NCBI GenBank assembly: GCA_038496445.1
Contig: JALMLS010000062.1
Coordinates: forward strand, 372,001 to 436,000
Reading direction: 5' to 3'
From: Trichosphaerium sp. ATCC 40318
Taxonomy: Eukaryota; Protista; Tubulinea
DNA length: 64,000 nucleotides
The position numbers were made by a program, and so were the translations under genes. Positions 26,283 to 39,837 of the stretch are shown in pieces. The notes below the pieces were generated by a model. That model was given only the letters and a program-made list of their open reading frames with translations. It was not told where the DNA came from and made no database searches. Position 1 is the first letter of the stretch; every line of letters begins with the position of its first letter.

Positions 26283-28482
26283 TCAATGATCAAGCTTATA
26301 AGCTTGACGGCGTATACCATCTATCAACCCAGGATTTTCTTCAATGTACGCAGGTCTAACATTAAAATAAGATGAATGGATTTTGTACTTAAAAAAAACA
26401 CAATAATATTGCTTAGATTTTTGGGTGTCAAACACATACTGGTATCTTATTGGTTTGCTCTCTGGTAGTCTGTATGGTTTAACTACTATCTTCCTCTTTA
26501 GAACACACTTGTAACCAGAGTTATACAGCGTAATGGTATCGTTGACAATATTCATAAACTTTTTAACAGCTTCAGCATTTTCTCTTTCAAGTTCTTCACC
26601 GTTGTAAAATTCTTTGAAATCTTCCAGGTCATAGTCTTTATTCTACACAGGATAAGTGATAAAAAACTAATTCAATACTTTACAGATAAAGCTGACATCA
26701 AACAAAATTGGTAAAAAGTAGTTTTTAAATGGTGTAAAATAACTTCAATTCAAAACATGTCCTTCATACCTCTAGAGTTACACTGTATACTTCTTGTAAG
26801 GGCTCAGAAAAATTTGTGCAACGCACATACATGGCTTTAGTATCAGCTGGATCCTTGATTTTTCTCAGTGAGTTTGTTAAAATTTTTCTAAATTCACGTG
26901 ATTAGTTTTAGTTTTTTTTTTTGGTGTTTTTTTGTACGAGACTGCTCCCCGTAGTGCGGGTGTAAACTCATTAGCTTCAAAATATGCAAAACTCCAAAGA
27001 GTCTTAAAAGTAACAGTACTTTCTCCACGTGACAAGTAGTAGAAAGCAACTTAGACAAATGTTAACATAATAAAAGGTAAATTGTACTTACTTTTGTAGT
27101 AGTCCTTTGGATCACACTTTGAGGAATCAATAAGTTGTAACCTCTCAACAACTTGATTAAATGTATTTGTTCTTGTTTTTTCTTTAATCGTGAAAAATCT
27201 CTCGTTGCTATAATGTACCCCCTTGTAAAAGATTGGAATTAATTTTTTTCCCAATATGATACTGTACCTCTAGCGCCTTCATAAACAAGGGTAGTTCAGA
27301 GAATCTTGTACAATTTTCGTTTTCACTAGTTATTAGCGCTTTGAGCATTAATAATCTCAGTATAAGTGGAGATAGAATATCCTAATAATCCGACTTTAGA
27401 ACAAAAAAAGTTGCAAGAAAAAAATTCTGGAAAAAAGGAGGATGGAGTGAATAACGGACCATCATCTCAGCCAAGTTCAAAACTCGGTTACTAGCAGTAT
27501 CTTTGTCTTTAGGTTTATTTATGACTCTTTCCCAAATACGTATCGCTTGTAGATAGAGATCAGACGGTTTTCTGAAACCTCCATTCAAAACTTCAAGATT
27601 TTCTCTAATTTGTTTATTACCAAGAATAAGAAGCTATGGGAGAGAACACTTTGTCTTAGTTATAAAAATTATACTCTTGAGGTACGTACATGTTTTGGTA
27701 TTTCTATTTCAACACTCAAAGTACCACGTGTCTTACTCTTAGGCCTATTTGGATGAGGCTTTAACGTAAGCTCAATTCTCTACGATGAAAATTATTGAAA
27801 TTTCTATAAAACCATATAAAAGCCAAACCTGTTTTACTGGTTCCTTCATCTCTAGTATGGCCTCCTTTGTTTGCTGTTGACATTTATTAAATAGGGAACA
27901 AGCAGGAAAGCTAGATTACGCACATTTTGTTTTTGTGCTAAAGCCCAAATATCTACCTCAGCATAGCCAACTACCTCCCATTTGGTTAGTAAAATGTTAT
28001 TTTGTTTTTCAATGTTCTCGTACGGAATTCTTTGCTAAATGAAAAGTAAGGATACACCAGACATAGTACTACACGATGTGAGCGTACCTTGTAAACTTAT
28101 TGTGGTCGTAAACCCAAAATTCTATTAGCGGCTTCCCATGGCTTTTCCTATGGCATGTGTAAGCGCTAAGCACAATAGAATGCGCTACACTAGTGTAGGC
28201 CAAATTCTAGTACCAATTGAACTGCTCGTGCCACTCCGGGTCCTATCTTATTGTAAGAGCTACTTTTTAGCCAGTTGGCACTAGGTAACGCACTAAGTTT
28301 TTAAATACAACTTTAGTTTTCGCCTGTGGCGTCTGTAGATCTCCCAAAAGTACAAACGGATCTGATTTACCAATAAGATCGACTTTACGCAAGTTTGAGG
28401 CTTTCAAGATGTTAATTGGAACAGGTGACGCTTGTAGAGCTCGTGAAGCAGCTAAGTCGAAGAAATTGGCTCTGTCGCTCAT
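26283..28482 (-). CDS. C2-domain protein
   Basis: ILKASNLRKVDLIGKSDPFV..AKTKVVFKNL|DPEWHEQF, FWVYDHNKF; uncharacterised C-terminal exons. Confidence 0.8.
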
Positions 28483-28679
28483 TTTGCGGTCGTTGTATCA
28501 CGCTAGTAGAGGCGTAGACAACTTTTAAGTAAACCGCGGCTGCTTGTTTTCACTGAAAATACGTTTTCTACGAGGTGGGTGTACCCACTTTATTGTTTTT
28601 AAAAACCGAAATGGAGCGTAAACAAATATCAATGTAACGTGGGAAAACAACGTTTCTATTTTTTTCGTAGTCTAAAGTT

Positions 28680-29700
28680 TTATCTTTTCAACCTTATTTA
28701 AAATACATTCAGTCATATGCGTAACGTTTAAATAAGAATTAGGGCCTTCAGCGACCCTTGTAAAGTGGTATCTCCAAAGGGAATTTTGTTGTTTTGAGAT
28801 GACTTCAGAAGCAAGATGACTACCACATGATATTGCTATATCTCCAAATATCTTCGAAACGCCTTCCCAGTATCCATGAGAAGATGTGTAAGAGTCATAG
28901 CTGTATAAAAAGTTACAGGTGTTTGAAAAAAGACAAGAAGGATTTACAGTTGAGTAACATTTGAAATAAACCCTTCGGAATACTGTTTTAGATCAATGTT
29001 CACTTGTTTATGAAAATCTTCCTCATTTAATCCTTGAAGGCATAATCATTTACATGCTTTAATTACATATAAAGTTAAAAGTGGCAGTACCTTGGCTTGG
29101 GGTAGTACCAGTTGCGAAAACAACAAACAGATTACCTTCGTATCTTTGAAAAGTTGATTTTAGTGTTGGCAGCATGTATGGTTTGTACTTACTCATTTGT
29201 ACCGATTATCATAGGTACTTTGTTGCATTCACCACTTTTAAAAAGGGCTAGTGGTTGAGAAGGTAGCGTTGATCCACCAGCTACAGGAAAGGTGTAGAGC
29301 TAAAAATATTAAAAACTGTTATGAAAAATGACTTGCTGAGTTTAACCAGCACCGCAAGTTTCTAATAAACCATACTTTTAGAGTCTCAACCGTATTCACT
29401 ATATCATCGCTCGATCTGTTCCTCAAACAACTAATAATTAAAAATGAGTAAATAACACATGTGTAGGCTGTTGTGTAACAGTTCCATTTGTAAGGAAGCC
29501 TAGCTTACAGCTACGCCAAAGGCGGTCAAGACCACTTCCTTACACAATACAATCTCACAATCGAAATTGTATTTAATGCCACTTGACATGTCTGTTACAA
29601 AACGGGTTTTCGAAGCATTGCATAGCTCCCTTACATCTTGGGTAATAGTAAGGGAAACAGAACACTACGGTTGTAAGCTGCTGTTAACTTAATACCCGAC
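28680..29700 (-). pseudogene. Type-B carboxylesterase fragment (C-terminal half)
   Basis: CLRNRS, PVAGGSTLPSQPLALFKSG..KVPMIIGTNE|YEG, IFGDIAISC, WRYHF, VTHMTE. No GESAG-containing 5' half; upstream stops. Confidence 0.6.
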
Positions 29701-29803
29701 CTTCGTCACATATAAGCCATCCACTTCACCAAAACATGGTATTCAGCGTTTGAATCAAGTACTAATTTACACTATAAAGTTCTTTCGCGATTATTGTGGT
29801 AAA

Positions 29804-30866
29804 ATGGAAGGAAAAGACTCAAAAACGCCTACTGAGAACGTACTCGACTTGGTTGCCTTACCAATTGAATTAATAGTCTATATTCTCAAACTTACAAATA
29901 TGCATGCACTCCGTACAGCCCAAACGTGCCACTTTTTGCGAGATGTTGTTCAACCACGTTGGATGTTCTATCAATATTAAAAGGAAAACGTTACATGCTT
30001 TATGGCAGTCCTTCTCCAAAACAACCATTGACATGCGCTTTTGAATCAATTACAAATGACACTATAAAGGCATTGACAGGTGTACATAATATTGTGGCAT
30101 ATACCAAGGAAAGATGAATATTTGAAGGTGCTACGGAGAACACACTATCGCTTGGTTGGATGTCAATCAATAACATGAGTCATTAAGACTTGGCAGGGAC
30201 AAATATTGAATGATTGTGTACAGCCCAAATGATGGTATTGTGACATTGGCAGGCGTACATGAGATTGACTTATCACATGTAAACGTAACAGATGAAGGTT
30301 TGAAGGCATTGGCGGGTGTGCACACTATTGACCTGTATTTTTGTAAGCTTATTACAGATGAGGGTATCAAGGCCTTGGCAGGTGTACATGAGATTGACTT
30401 ATCGTATACAAAGGTAACAGATGAAGGTTTGAAGGCATTGACGGGTGTACATAGTATCAGGTTGTGTGGTTGTGAATCGATATCAGATGAAGGTTTGAAA
30501 GGGTTGGCGGGTGTACATACTATTGATTTGTGTGGTTGTGAATCGATATCAGATGAAGGTTTGAAGGCGTTGGCAGGTGTACATCATATTGTTTTGAGCG
30601 AGTGTGTATCTATAACAGATGAAGGATTGAAGGTGTTGGCTGGTGTGCGCACTATCTACTTGTCAGGATGTGAATTAATAACAGATGAAGGATTGAAGGC
30701 ATTGGCTGGTGTGCATGAAATATGTTTGTTAGAATGTTCATCAATAACAGAAGAGGGGTTAAAGGCGCTCTCAGGTGTACATACTATTCACTTGTCCTGG
30801 GGAGCAATAGCAAGTGACACAGGTATCAAAGAATTAACTGATGCATTTGAGATATTACGATACTAG
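29804..30866 (+). pseudogene. F-box + LRR paralog with disrupted 5' half
   Basis: F-box LVALPIELIVYIL..TAQTCHFL, then stop/frameshift at ~29980 and ~30117; intact LRR array 30210-30866. Confidence 0.7.
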
Positions 30867-31115
30867 TTTTCTTTTAGACACAGCTTATTCCACAATAAAA
30901 CGGTAGAGGTGGGACTCCAATGCAAACTATTGATTAGCACTGATGTATGCTAGCTTATATTGTATTTTTTAGGTGCAATGTAGAAAATAAAGTAGACAAT
31001 TTAACATGTAGTGCTTTAAGTTATTTCTTACAAAGCATAATAGTTACGTGGAAACAATTAATTACAATCAGTCATCACAATTGGTTGGTTGAACTTTAAC
31101 AAGTGCTCTACAATG

Positions 31116-34100
31116 TTAACCTGAATACTCAGTCATCTCGCTTTCATCATTTCCGTTTTTTTCTGGCATACCACTGTACTTGCTCGATCCGCTATCATCA
31201 GACTCAACATATTTACCATTATCACCTACAGATGCTTTTGTTCCAGCTAGTCTTGGAGCTGGTTTTCCTGTGATACTTTCAACCATTGAATCTACTTTAT
31301 ACTTGATAATAAAAGGACAAATAGCGTTTCTTAGTCGTGGTGTTGCAATGATGATTATAATAACAAGTATTATAACAGCAATGGCTACTCCAAAGCCAAT
31401 ACCATAGATCCTGGCATTTGAAGTTGATGACGAAGTAGCACAAGGTCCAAATAATCGTATTGATGTTGAATCTATTTAGTGATTAGTTTGGAAGCAAAAT
31501 CACGTGTTTTAAGGCCGGACCTCTTGCGTTACAAAGGTGAATTTCTCTTGGTCTTGAAGTATCCACAGCAATGTTTATGTTGTCAAGATCCACAATACAA
31601 TGTGGTTGAAATACGAATAAATCCAAGTGCCCTGTGAAATTAGCATCTGGTACTGCTTTGATGGTTGTATTTGGTGCGAAAGAAGGGCATCCTTCAATTA
31701 TAATCTGGGTATCAGTATCTATAAGAATTTCCACGCCTTTGTTGAACTCAACATCTCCTACATGAGGAGGATTAAAGAAATACAGTAAGTACAAAAATTA
31801 AAGTACCCTCTAGCACCACTGTACCAAATGATACATCTATAACAATATCTTCAAAGGCACAACCTCTTTCACAATCATCTTCTAAAACGATAATGCATTT
31901 ATTTCCCTCTGGCCAGTTGACAACAGCACAGAATCTGATTATTGATGATTAGTGAGCTATAGTACTTAAAAAAATAATCATACCTCACTCCATTTACTGG
32001 ATAAGCCACGTTTCGTTCATCAAGACCATTGATACTAAAGCGTGATTGAGTAAATTTATATTTATGCCTGGTACGTACACTTCAAATCTGCCTGTACTGC
32101 CCTCCTCTGAAGAGACTAACTCGATTTGATTTGATGAAATGTTTGATTGCCGAGTAACACTCAAACTACCACCAAGTGACATTTTACCTGACACTTTCAA
32201 CTCATCAATGGCTACCAATAACGTTAAATCAAATAATATCATGTGTAAGTATTTCATACCAGTTTCATTAGCGTCTAATTGCAAGTTTCCTGTTTGGATG
32301 TAATCACCAATGATATTCAAACTGTGAGTACCACCAAGCTCGCGATGGCCAATATTTATTGAGCCGTGATTTAGCACGTTACCATGAAGGGTACCATAGC
32401 CTTCAAATGAACCATTCAATTGTAGCATGTTTGCATTTAAAGAAGCATTATCATAGAAAACATGTGCAGAACTCTCCTTAAACAATAAAAGTAAGCACAA
32501 AGATAAAGTGACGAACAGAGCGATGTCTCACATACCAGTGTAATGTTACCCATCTCAACAATACTTTTTTCCTCGAAAATACAAAAATCTTGAACCACAA
32601 CATCAAATCCTTTGAATTGGTATTCCATAGCACTCTCAAAAACAAAATTTTCGTTAAATATAAGCCTAAGTCTTGGTTACTCATATAAAATGCTTGCTAG
32701 TTAAAGTACCTTGATCCAGGAGCACCATCAATAATGAGTTTAGATACACCTTCATGAGCTCCCAAACGATGTAGGACAAATTCACCTTCAAACTCTTTTT
32801 TCAGTTCGGGCTCATGAAGGGTCATAGTTGGAAGAACGACAATACTATCACTTGCAACAATACGCCCAGAAAACCATTCTATTTGGTCTATGATTGAACT
32901 ATGACCATTGTTTATGTCAAAGGTGGCGCCACGAAGTATCAGCGAGCCAATTCTAACACCCTATCAATACAGTTAATGGAGAAAAACGTTCTTAGTATCC
33001 AAATAAAACATATGAATCGTACATCATCGTTAATTAGCAGTTGCGCTCCACTATTGATAATTATGTTTTCAGCTTAACAAAAGGCATTAAGAGCTGTAAG
33101 AGAAGATATTAACATACCTTGTATCTGCGTGTTTAATACCAACAAGCCAGAAACTATGTTAATTGTTTTGAAAGAATAAGCTCCAGATCCAAGTATACGA
33201 AACTCTCCACCATTTCCGATATCAATTGTAACCTCGTTTGTTACAAGTAAAGATGAGAACTGTGAAAACTCAACATTTCCTTTTGAGAAAATAATAAGAA
33301 ATTAAAAACAATACTTCTTCGTTTGTACCTGGTTGCTCAACTGTCATATTTTGAGTTTGAATAACATTTGCGCTAAAACACATAATCAAAACACGGAACA
33401 AAATGAGCGTGCCAAAGATTGAAACATTTGTGGTTACCTGTGATTCAAGTACCCTCCCTTGAAATTGATGGTTTGTACTGTCAAATTGCCTTGCGTATGT
33501 GGTTCTCCAGAAACTGTTAAAATTAATCCAGTGAAAGGTTTAGAGAATACAACAGAACAATTGTTCAGTTCGACAAAGTCAATATAAGAATTATCCACCA
33601 CTTCAACAGTTACACCATCGAATATAACACTATTAGCTTGTTCTATACCGCTTCCAACCTGAAGCTTAATTTCTCCTGGATACAAGTCTTAGAACAAGAT
33701 AGGCAAGTAGAGTAGAAATGATTTGTTGTCAAGAGAAACAAAAGCGTGAAGACAACAAATTACCAACCTTGATAAAAATGAACAAGCGCTTCTTTACCAG
33801 TAATATGTTGTATAGAAGTATCAAATGACCAAACCATAGTAGAATTAATAGATGACCCGCTTATGTTTGCTTTTATGCCTAAAACAAGAACATGAGTAAA
33901 AACAAGAAAAAAAAACGGCACCAAAAATCTCCACTCTAGACACTTCATCGCCCTCATGATAAATAGTCCCAGAAGCGTTTCCTTGAAGTATTATAATATT
34001 TTCAACCTAAGTACACCTTAAATACGATATAAGAATGGAATACTTACTCTGTCAAAGTCGAATATCATCGACCCAAACAATTCACGCACTGTGAACCGAT

Positions 34101-35497
34101 ATAATTGTTTTACAGAGATGATACGATTGCCATTTCCCTCACTGATAAGCTCATGTATATCCATATCAAGCCTTCCAGTACCTTTCTGCTCAAATACACA
34201 AGCTGAATCTTGACTAAGACTATTCGTCATTCTTGTCACATCCCAAAACATAGTATTATTTTTGACATTTGCAATAGTTCGATGATATGATGTTTTATTG
34301 TTACTGTTCTTAAGCTCAAATAAATCTGTGCGAGGTAACTTAAATTCTCTTATTTGTTGTAATAATTCCAAAGTAATATTGTTATTTGATGCACTGTCAA
34401 ATACTATATGATCAATCTTACCAATGTAAGCATAAGTAAAACAACATAAAAAGCGTGAATGCAACAAGATGGTTTTTTATGAAACTTAGGAATCAACGTA
34501 CATCTGTTAATATTGGAGGATGAAGTACGTATTGTAGGTATCCCGAAACTATCTCTATCGTTCTTGGGTGAAATGTAAGTGGAAAGCTGTTATAAATGAA
34601 AATACATACAAAAGCCTTAATTGATTACTTGTTAAGCTCAAGTCAAACACCTGAGCATCAAGTTCAGTTGCATTTGAATCAACTCTTAGCCACAAGTAAG
34701 ATCCTATTGCGTAGTTTCTCTCAATTTGTTCAATCTGAAGACCTCTGCAAGGGTCCTTCAATACCTACAGAATAAGTAAGTGGTAAGTACAAAGGCAACC
34801 ACTTTGTTCTCACCAGCGTCGCATTTTGAAAGTCGAAAGAACCCCAGACATGGTAGCTACAATTACTATTAGAAAAGTTCGCAAAGTTGGACAAGCTCAC
34901 TTTTGTTGGTTGGCTGTAAAACTACTTGGATCTGTCAAACAAAAAAAGTTAACTCGTAAGTATAAAAATGGTCACATACCAGCTTCTAGAAGGAGGATAG
35001 GATGTATTAACGACGGAATAGCGACATTGTGGGAAAGTGTTTGAGGAAATGGCGGACTAAGGGCACGTAAGTAATTATGTTGAACGAAGGATTTATTCAA
35101 CAAACAGTTACCAAAAACTACCAAAGTACGATATTAATGTTCAAAAAGAGGCTATCAGTATCCATAAAAAGAATCAACGTTTATTGTTGAATGAAAACAA
35201 AAAATAAAGCTAAAGGAACAATTTTGAGTTTTATCTACTGTCACGTGCGTAAGGTATTTTTTTTACGCGTATTGTGGACGTACACAGTTGGAAATGACAT
35301 TTGCCAAGCGTCATCATCTGTTACTTCCTTAGGAACCGTCAGGGAGTCATTACCTATCCAAGTAAACTGAATACTGATTGGAATCGTTGGTGGCTGAGAT
35401 ACAACCAAAGTCCATACTAAAGTACAAAGATTAATATGTAAGCGACGTAAACAAACTTACAAAGCACAGTAATAAGACACGTGATATTTTTCGGCAT
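31116..35497 (-). CDS. Large single-pass surface protein, paralog 2 of 18803-23811
   Basis: Same exon series and motifs (WIGNDSLTVPK, FPQTL, IIGDYIQTGNLQLD, GCPSF, TM GIGFGVAIAVIILVIIIIIATP). Confidence 0.75.
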
Positions 35498-35571
35498 GTG
35501 TAAGCTTGTTTTAGAACTTCAGCATTTGATAAAGCAGGAATTACATTAAGTTCATTGTGGCTTATGAACTT

Positions 35572-35911
35572 TTTTTATTAACTCAGTTTATTCACACGAC
35601 GGTACATTCCACACAGGCCTAGGTATGTAGCACAGAAAACACTAAGAGTCACAATCCCTTTGCCTTGATTTAGACAAACGGGTGAACCACACCCGCTGTG
35701 GGGCTGTGGGGTGTTACAATGGTTGTTTTTTGAAAAGGTTGATGGGTGCTGGGTGTTGGGTTGTTGGACTCCCGTCCCATGGGTTTGATGACGGGTTGCC
35801 AGTACCCGGATGGCTTGAAAGCGGCCTGAATAACATGTCCTCAATGTCCTTACCAAGCAAGTTTAGAGAGTGGCGTCAGGTGGGCTTCGAACCAATGCGG
35901 AAAACAATTTT
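35572..35911 (-). mobile_element. tRNA-derived SINE-like insertion, 5'-truncated, with 14-bp target-site duplication
   Basis: TGGCTTATGAACTT at 35558-35571 and 35912-35925; GC-rich body; B-box/T-arm GGTTCGAAGCCCACCTGACGCCA at 5' end; AATAAA and short A tail at 3' end (minus strand). Confidence 0.8.
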
Positions 35912-36222
35912 TGGCTTATGAACTTCATAAAATGAGGCACGATGTACCCTTTATTTGACTTGAGGCTATTTATGGGTATTCTCTTTATTTGAACAGTCAT
36001 AGAACGCAATTAGAGAGCTGTTTGTTCGATGCTGCAGATCAAACATGGTTTTATTTGCAGTCCACTATTTTACTTGCTTAGAACTATAAGTCGCTATAAA
36101 GATGCAATCAATAGTGGCAAAACTACAAGAACCAACAAGTAATGCACTTTACGTATTCGTCTACATGGCGTTATTGACTGGCTGAAAACAAGGGATACAT
36201 GGTTAGCTCGTCAGTCAGCTCG

Positions 36223-36619
36223 TCAGTTGTCTTTGATAGGCAAAACCAAAAGCATAGCACCATCACGAATATTTACATCACATAGCATGTAACTGTCGTT
36301 CAAATGTTTGTTCTTGTAAATAAGACGTTGCATTCCAGAATCCAACTCTACAGCAACATGAGAACAAAAGGTTTTGTTTGTTACATACAAGTGAAAATAA
36401 ATTGAAAAAATGGCATTTGCTTGTAGAACGTGGTGTTACCTTTATCCTTCTTTAAAAAGCACTTTACCATCGATTTTTTGTCAAAAAAACACCATTCAAA
36501 CAGTAAAGAGTTGTACCTATCTCTTTGGTGATCATTTCTTTTATTTCTGAAACTGTTGTAGTCATTGTTACATCCAAGCTAAATGTAGTGCCAGTGGGTG
36601 TTCTAATTGAAATCTTCAT
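36223..36619 (-). CDS. Small ubiquitin-like protein without C-terminal diglycine
   Basis: Two exons: MKISIRTPTGTTFSLDVTMTTTVSEIKEMITKEI|ELDSGMQRLIYKNKHLNDSYMLCDVNIRDGAMLLVLPIKDN*. Absent from the ORF track. Confidence 0.75.
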
Positions 36620-36892
36620 TGCGTATTCAGAAAGGATGAGTTGCGTAGAACGTTTTGAACCACAATTGTGATTTTCAAAACCGCGTTCACCTCATGAAAT
36701 CCGAACGAGTTTGTTTATCTGAATCCCGGTTCGAGAAGTTCTTAAGAAGAGTTCTGTTTGCGTTCCTTTCAGGTTGGAGTTCAGCTGAATCATTGCATTG
36801 AACAATCCTTGAAGATGGGAGGTTTTATTACGGCAAATAATACATACAGGCAAAAGAAACACTAGTGGTTTCCAGTGCAATAAATTTCGAAT

Positions 36893-37970
36893 TTACTTTT
36901 TCTTTTTTTTCTTTTTTCCTTTGTCTTCTTTATCAACTTGACTCTCAAACACATGCTTAGTGTGTTTAGCAAGTAGTAAGTCTGTTACTTGTTTCTTCAA
37001 GTCTGGGTCTTTATTACAAGCTGCCATAAACTCTGCTTGCGTAATCTCTCCATCCTGAAAACAATAAGCTTCGTATTTAAAAAAATCACGTGATTTCATT
37101 CCAAGATGGGAACTGAAAGTATCTACGTACGCCATCTTTATCCATAGCATTAAAAATTTGATCTGCTTTATAGTTACAGTCTGTATTCTCATTTGCAGAC
37201 AAGTATATCTCATCCAAAGGCTTAGCTTTGCCAAAACGGTATAAAAATTGTCTAATCCTCTCATTGAGAATAACAACAGCGCGTAATTCGCCTACAGTTA
37301 TGTAAGAAAAAAAGATGACAAGTTCAGTAAATATTAACAGTTTGGAGTAAAAAAAAGAAAGCGAAGCTTCAAGTTCCTTTTTCGTGTTTTTACAGATGTG
37401 GGCATACCTTTTGATACGTGGCCATCGTCATTAAGGTCTATGCAAGTGAATGCGATTTCAATAATATTCTAAAGGTCTTAGAGTGCATTCTACGCGAGTA
37501 CAAGCAGTTTCGTGGTACCTCCAGTGAATCAGGGTTAGATAAACGGGTTACTGTCAAAACAAACTCTCTGAAGTCGATAGATCTACGTTACACCATTAGG
37601 TACAATTGCGGAGCGACTATTGATGAGGTTTTGCCTCACATGAACTTTGAGCTGTTTTCTGAATTACGTACTCGCTCTTGTCACTGTCAAATAGAGCAAA
37701 AAGAGTTCGCGATAGCGTAGAATCACTTCCATACGTAGATTTAACGATATTTTTGAATTCTTCCTTTGTAACAAGGCCCTGTTTGTTCGCAGACTTTTTG
37801 AACACCTTAGAAAGGTTATTCAGTTGATTTTTGTCAACTATGCAAGCAAAGGTTAGTTATTAACTCTGTTGAACTCACAGTGGCATACGTTTTGCTTCTT
37901 GAGCAAGCTTTTCATGATCCTCATTGTTTGAAGGCTCAGCACCTCCTTTCTTTCCAGCTTTATTACCCAT
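36893..37970 (-). CDS. EF-hand protein, neuronal calcium sensor/calcineurin-B-like
   Basis: MGNK myristoylation-like start, LFALFDSDK, IDFREF, AFTCIDLNDDGHVSK, MDKDG|DGEITQAEF, polybasic tail. Confidence 0.88.
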
Positions 37971-38138
37971 GCGCGTTGGTGTTGAGAATGCGGCTTGTTT
38001 ACAATGTTGTAAAATAAAGTCAAATGTTCGTCAAAGACAAGCTTCATCACGGATGCGCAGCACGGTGCGCCGTAACACGCTTAATGGTAGCGTTTCTCAT
38101 AATGTAAGTTGTTAAAATGTTCGGAGGTGTTTGTTGAC

Positions 38139-39038
38139 ATGCCACAGGACTCCCAAACAAGCGGAAACAACCATAGAGTACGTTCAACTCAAACTGAATG
38201 TAAGTAATAACTGTCACAAGAAACGCAAGCTCCCTGCGAACAGCAGCACTACAACGAACCAGAAAAAACAGAAACAAGTTAAAACTACAATACCTGCAGA
38301 AAAATTCAACTCAGACCTTGGAATCGGCAAGTACGTAACCTTACATTCGCTCACAAACCGTTACAAAACCAGAAAACTGGTTTTGGAAGTAAAAAAGAGT
38401 GTTGGCGGCATTTTCAACATAAATACTCATGCAATAACCACTAGAGAGTATTACGTTGATAAATTAATGGCGAAACGGCGTATTAACGGACAAGATCAGT
38501 ACCTTGTTTCTTGGTACGGGTTTTCTCCATTGTTCAATGAGGTACGAGCAACATAGAACCCCAAACGTAAAATTGTATTTTTTTTCATTAACTCACTTGT
38601 TAGTGGGTGTTCGCTGAGGATTGTAAGTGTACGGACTTGATAAAGGAGTTTGTTGATAAAGTAGGAGATGTATCAGACGAAGAGAGGTTAAAAGTGGCTA
38701 TAGGATGGGAGTTTGGTCACGTCGTGACAGAGATTTTATACGCAACAAAGGTACTTGCTATAACAGGTGATTTTTTTTGACACTTTGATTTTTGCAATGT
38801 GTCAAAATGTCGATGACATTTTGTTTTTGTTGTTCATTTGTTTTTGGGTTCCTGACATTTTTGTTTAAAGCATAAAGGTAAAGCATACTTGTATGTTCTT
38901 TGGGATATTGGCGTTTGTACATATGTATCATCTAGCTATGCTATGACAAAGATACCACAGATGATAATTACGTTTTACGAAAGTCATATTGTAAATACTA
39001 AACCACCAAAACTTGCTGGTCCTAAAGTAGTTCCATAA
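38139..39038 (+). CDS. HP1-like chromodomain + chromoshadow protein
   Basis: EYYVDKLMAKRRINGQDQYLVSWYGFSPLFNE|WVFAEDCKCTDLIKEF; shadow-like EILYATK|..YVLW..AMTKIPQMIITFYESHI. Confidence 0.82.
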
Positions 39039-39244
39039 AGAATCAAAAAAATACATCGACGTGGTGAAAGTAATAGGAGGTTGTCCTCGCAGAGTTTGTA
39101 TTTACAGGGTGTTAATAAAGTTGTACATTAAATTTTTTTCACGTGAACTCTCGTTGACAACGTTCAGGCTACTAAGAGCTTTTGAAGTAGTTTCTTAATC
39201 CCCAAAGAGCATCATAGACGTTATTCTATCTAGGTATAAAAGAT

Positions 39245-39837
39245 CTACGTTGTCTCAGAGCCAAGACAATCAAGTTTGTAAATCGTGACACGTCCGTAAA
39301 AATCTGTGCTCTTTCCAAATATAATCTTGATTTGTTTCAAATTGTCACCTACTGTTGAATCTCCCTCTGCGTTCTCTATTTTAAACTCTTGCGTTTTGTT
39401 AATATCAGCAGGATAGAAAGGCGCTACAAGCGAAAATTTTGACTCGTCTGGTTTTTTACCCATTATTTGACAATCCTGGAAGCGTTTGATCAGTCGAAAG
39501 GCGAATTGACGCAGTTTTAACGTACTTGGCCAACAAAACCTCCTTGAAACATAATGTGAAGCTCCTTGAAGTTAACAGAGCGTCCAAAGTCTATTATAAT
39601 GTATTGTGGGCTTCCCTGTGTAAAATAAACCTTAAAGTTACATAAAAAAATGTAACGTACTTGCGCAGAGTTCCAACACGTTTCTTCAGTGCCGTCGAAC
39701 ATGTGTTTTCTATTATAGCTTTTACCGTCATTGTTCAGCATTGAGCTTACTCTGAAACGCTTTAATATACTATTGATATGGTTATTACCGTACTTTGTGC
39801 GAATGGTGTGTTCATCAGTTTCCAACAAAGATTGCAT
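39245..39837 (-). CDS. NR2C2AP: Nuclear receptor 2C2-associated protein (TRA16) homolog
   Basis: VSSMLN..KHMFDGTEETCWNSAQGSPQ..FQGGF..FYPADIN..STDFYGRVTIYKL. Confidence 0.88.

Noticed and set aside
35865-35900. Possible tRNA gene
   Set aside because: Only the T-arm and 3' end are present; it is the head of the SINE
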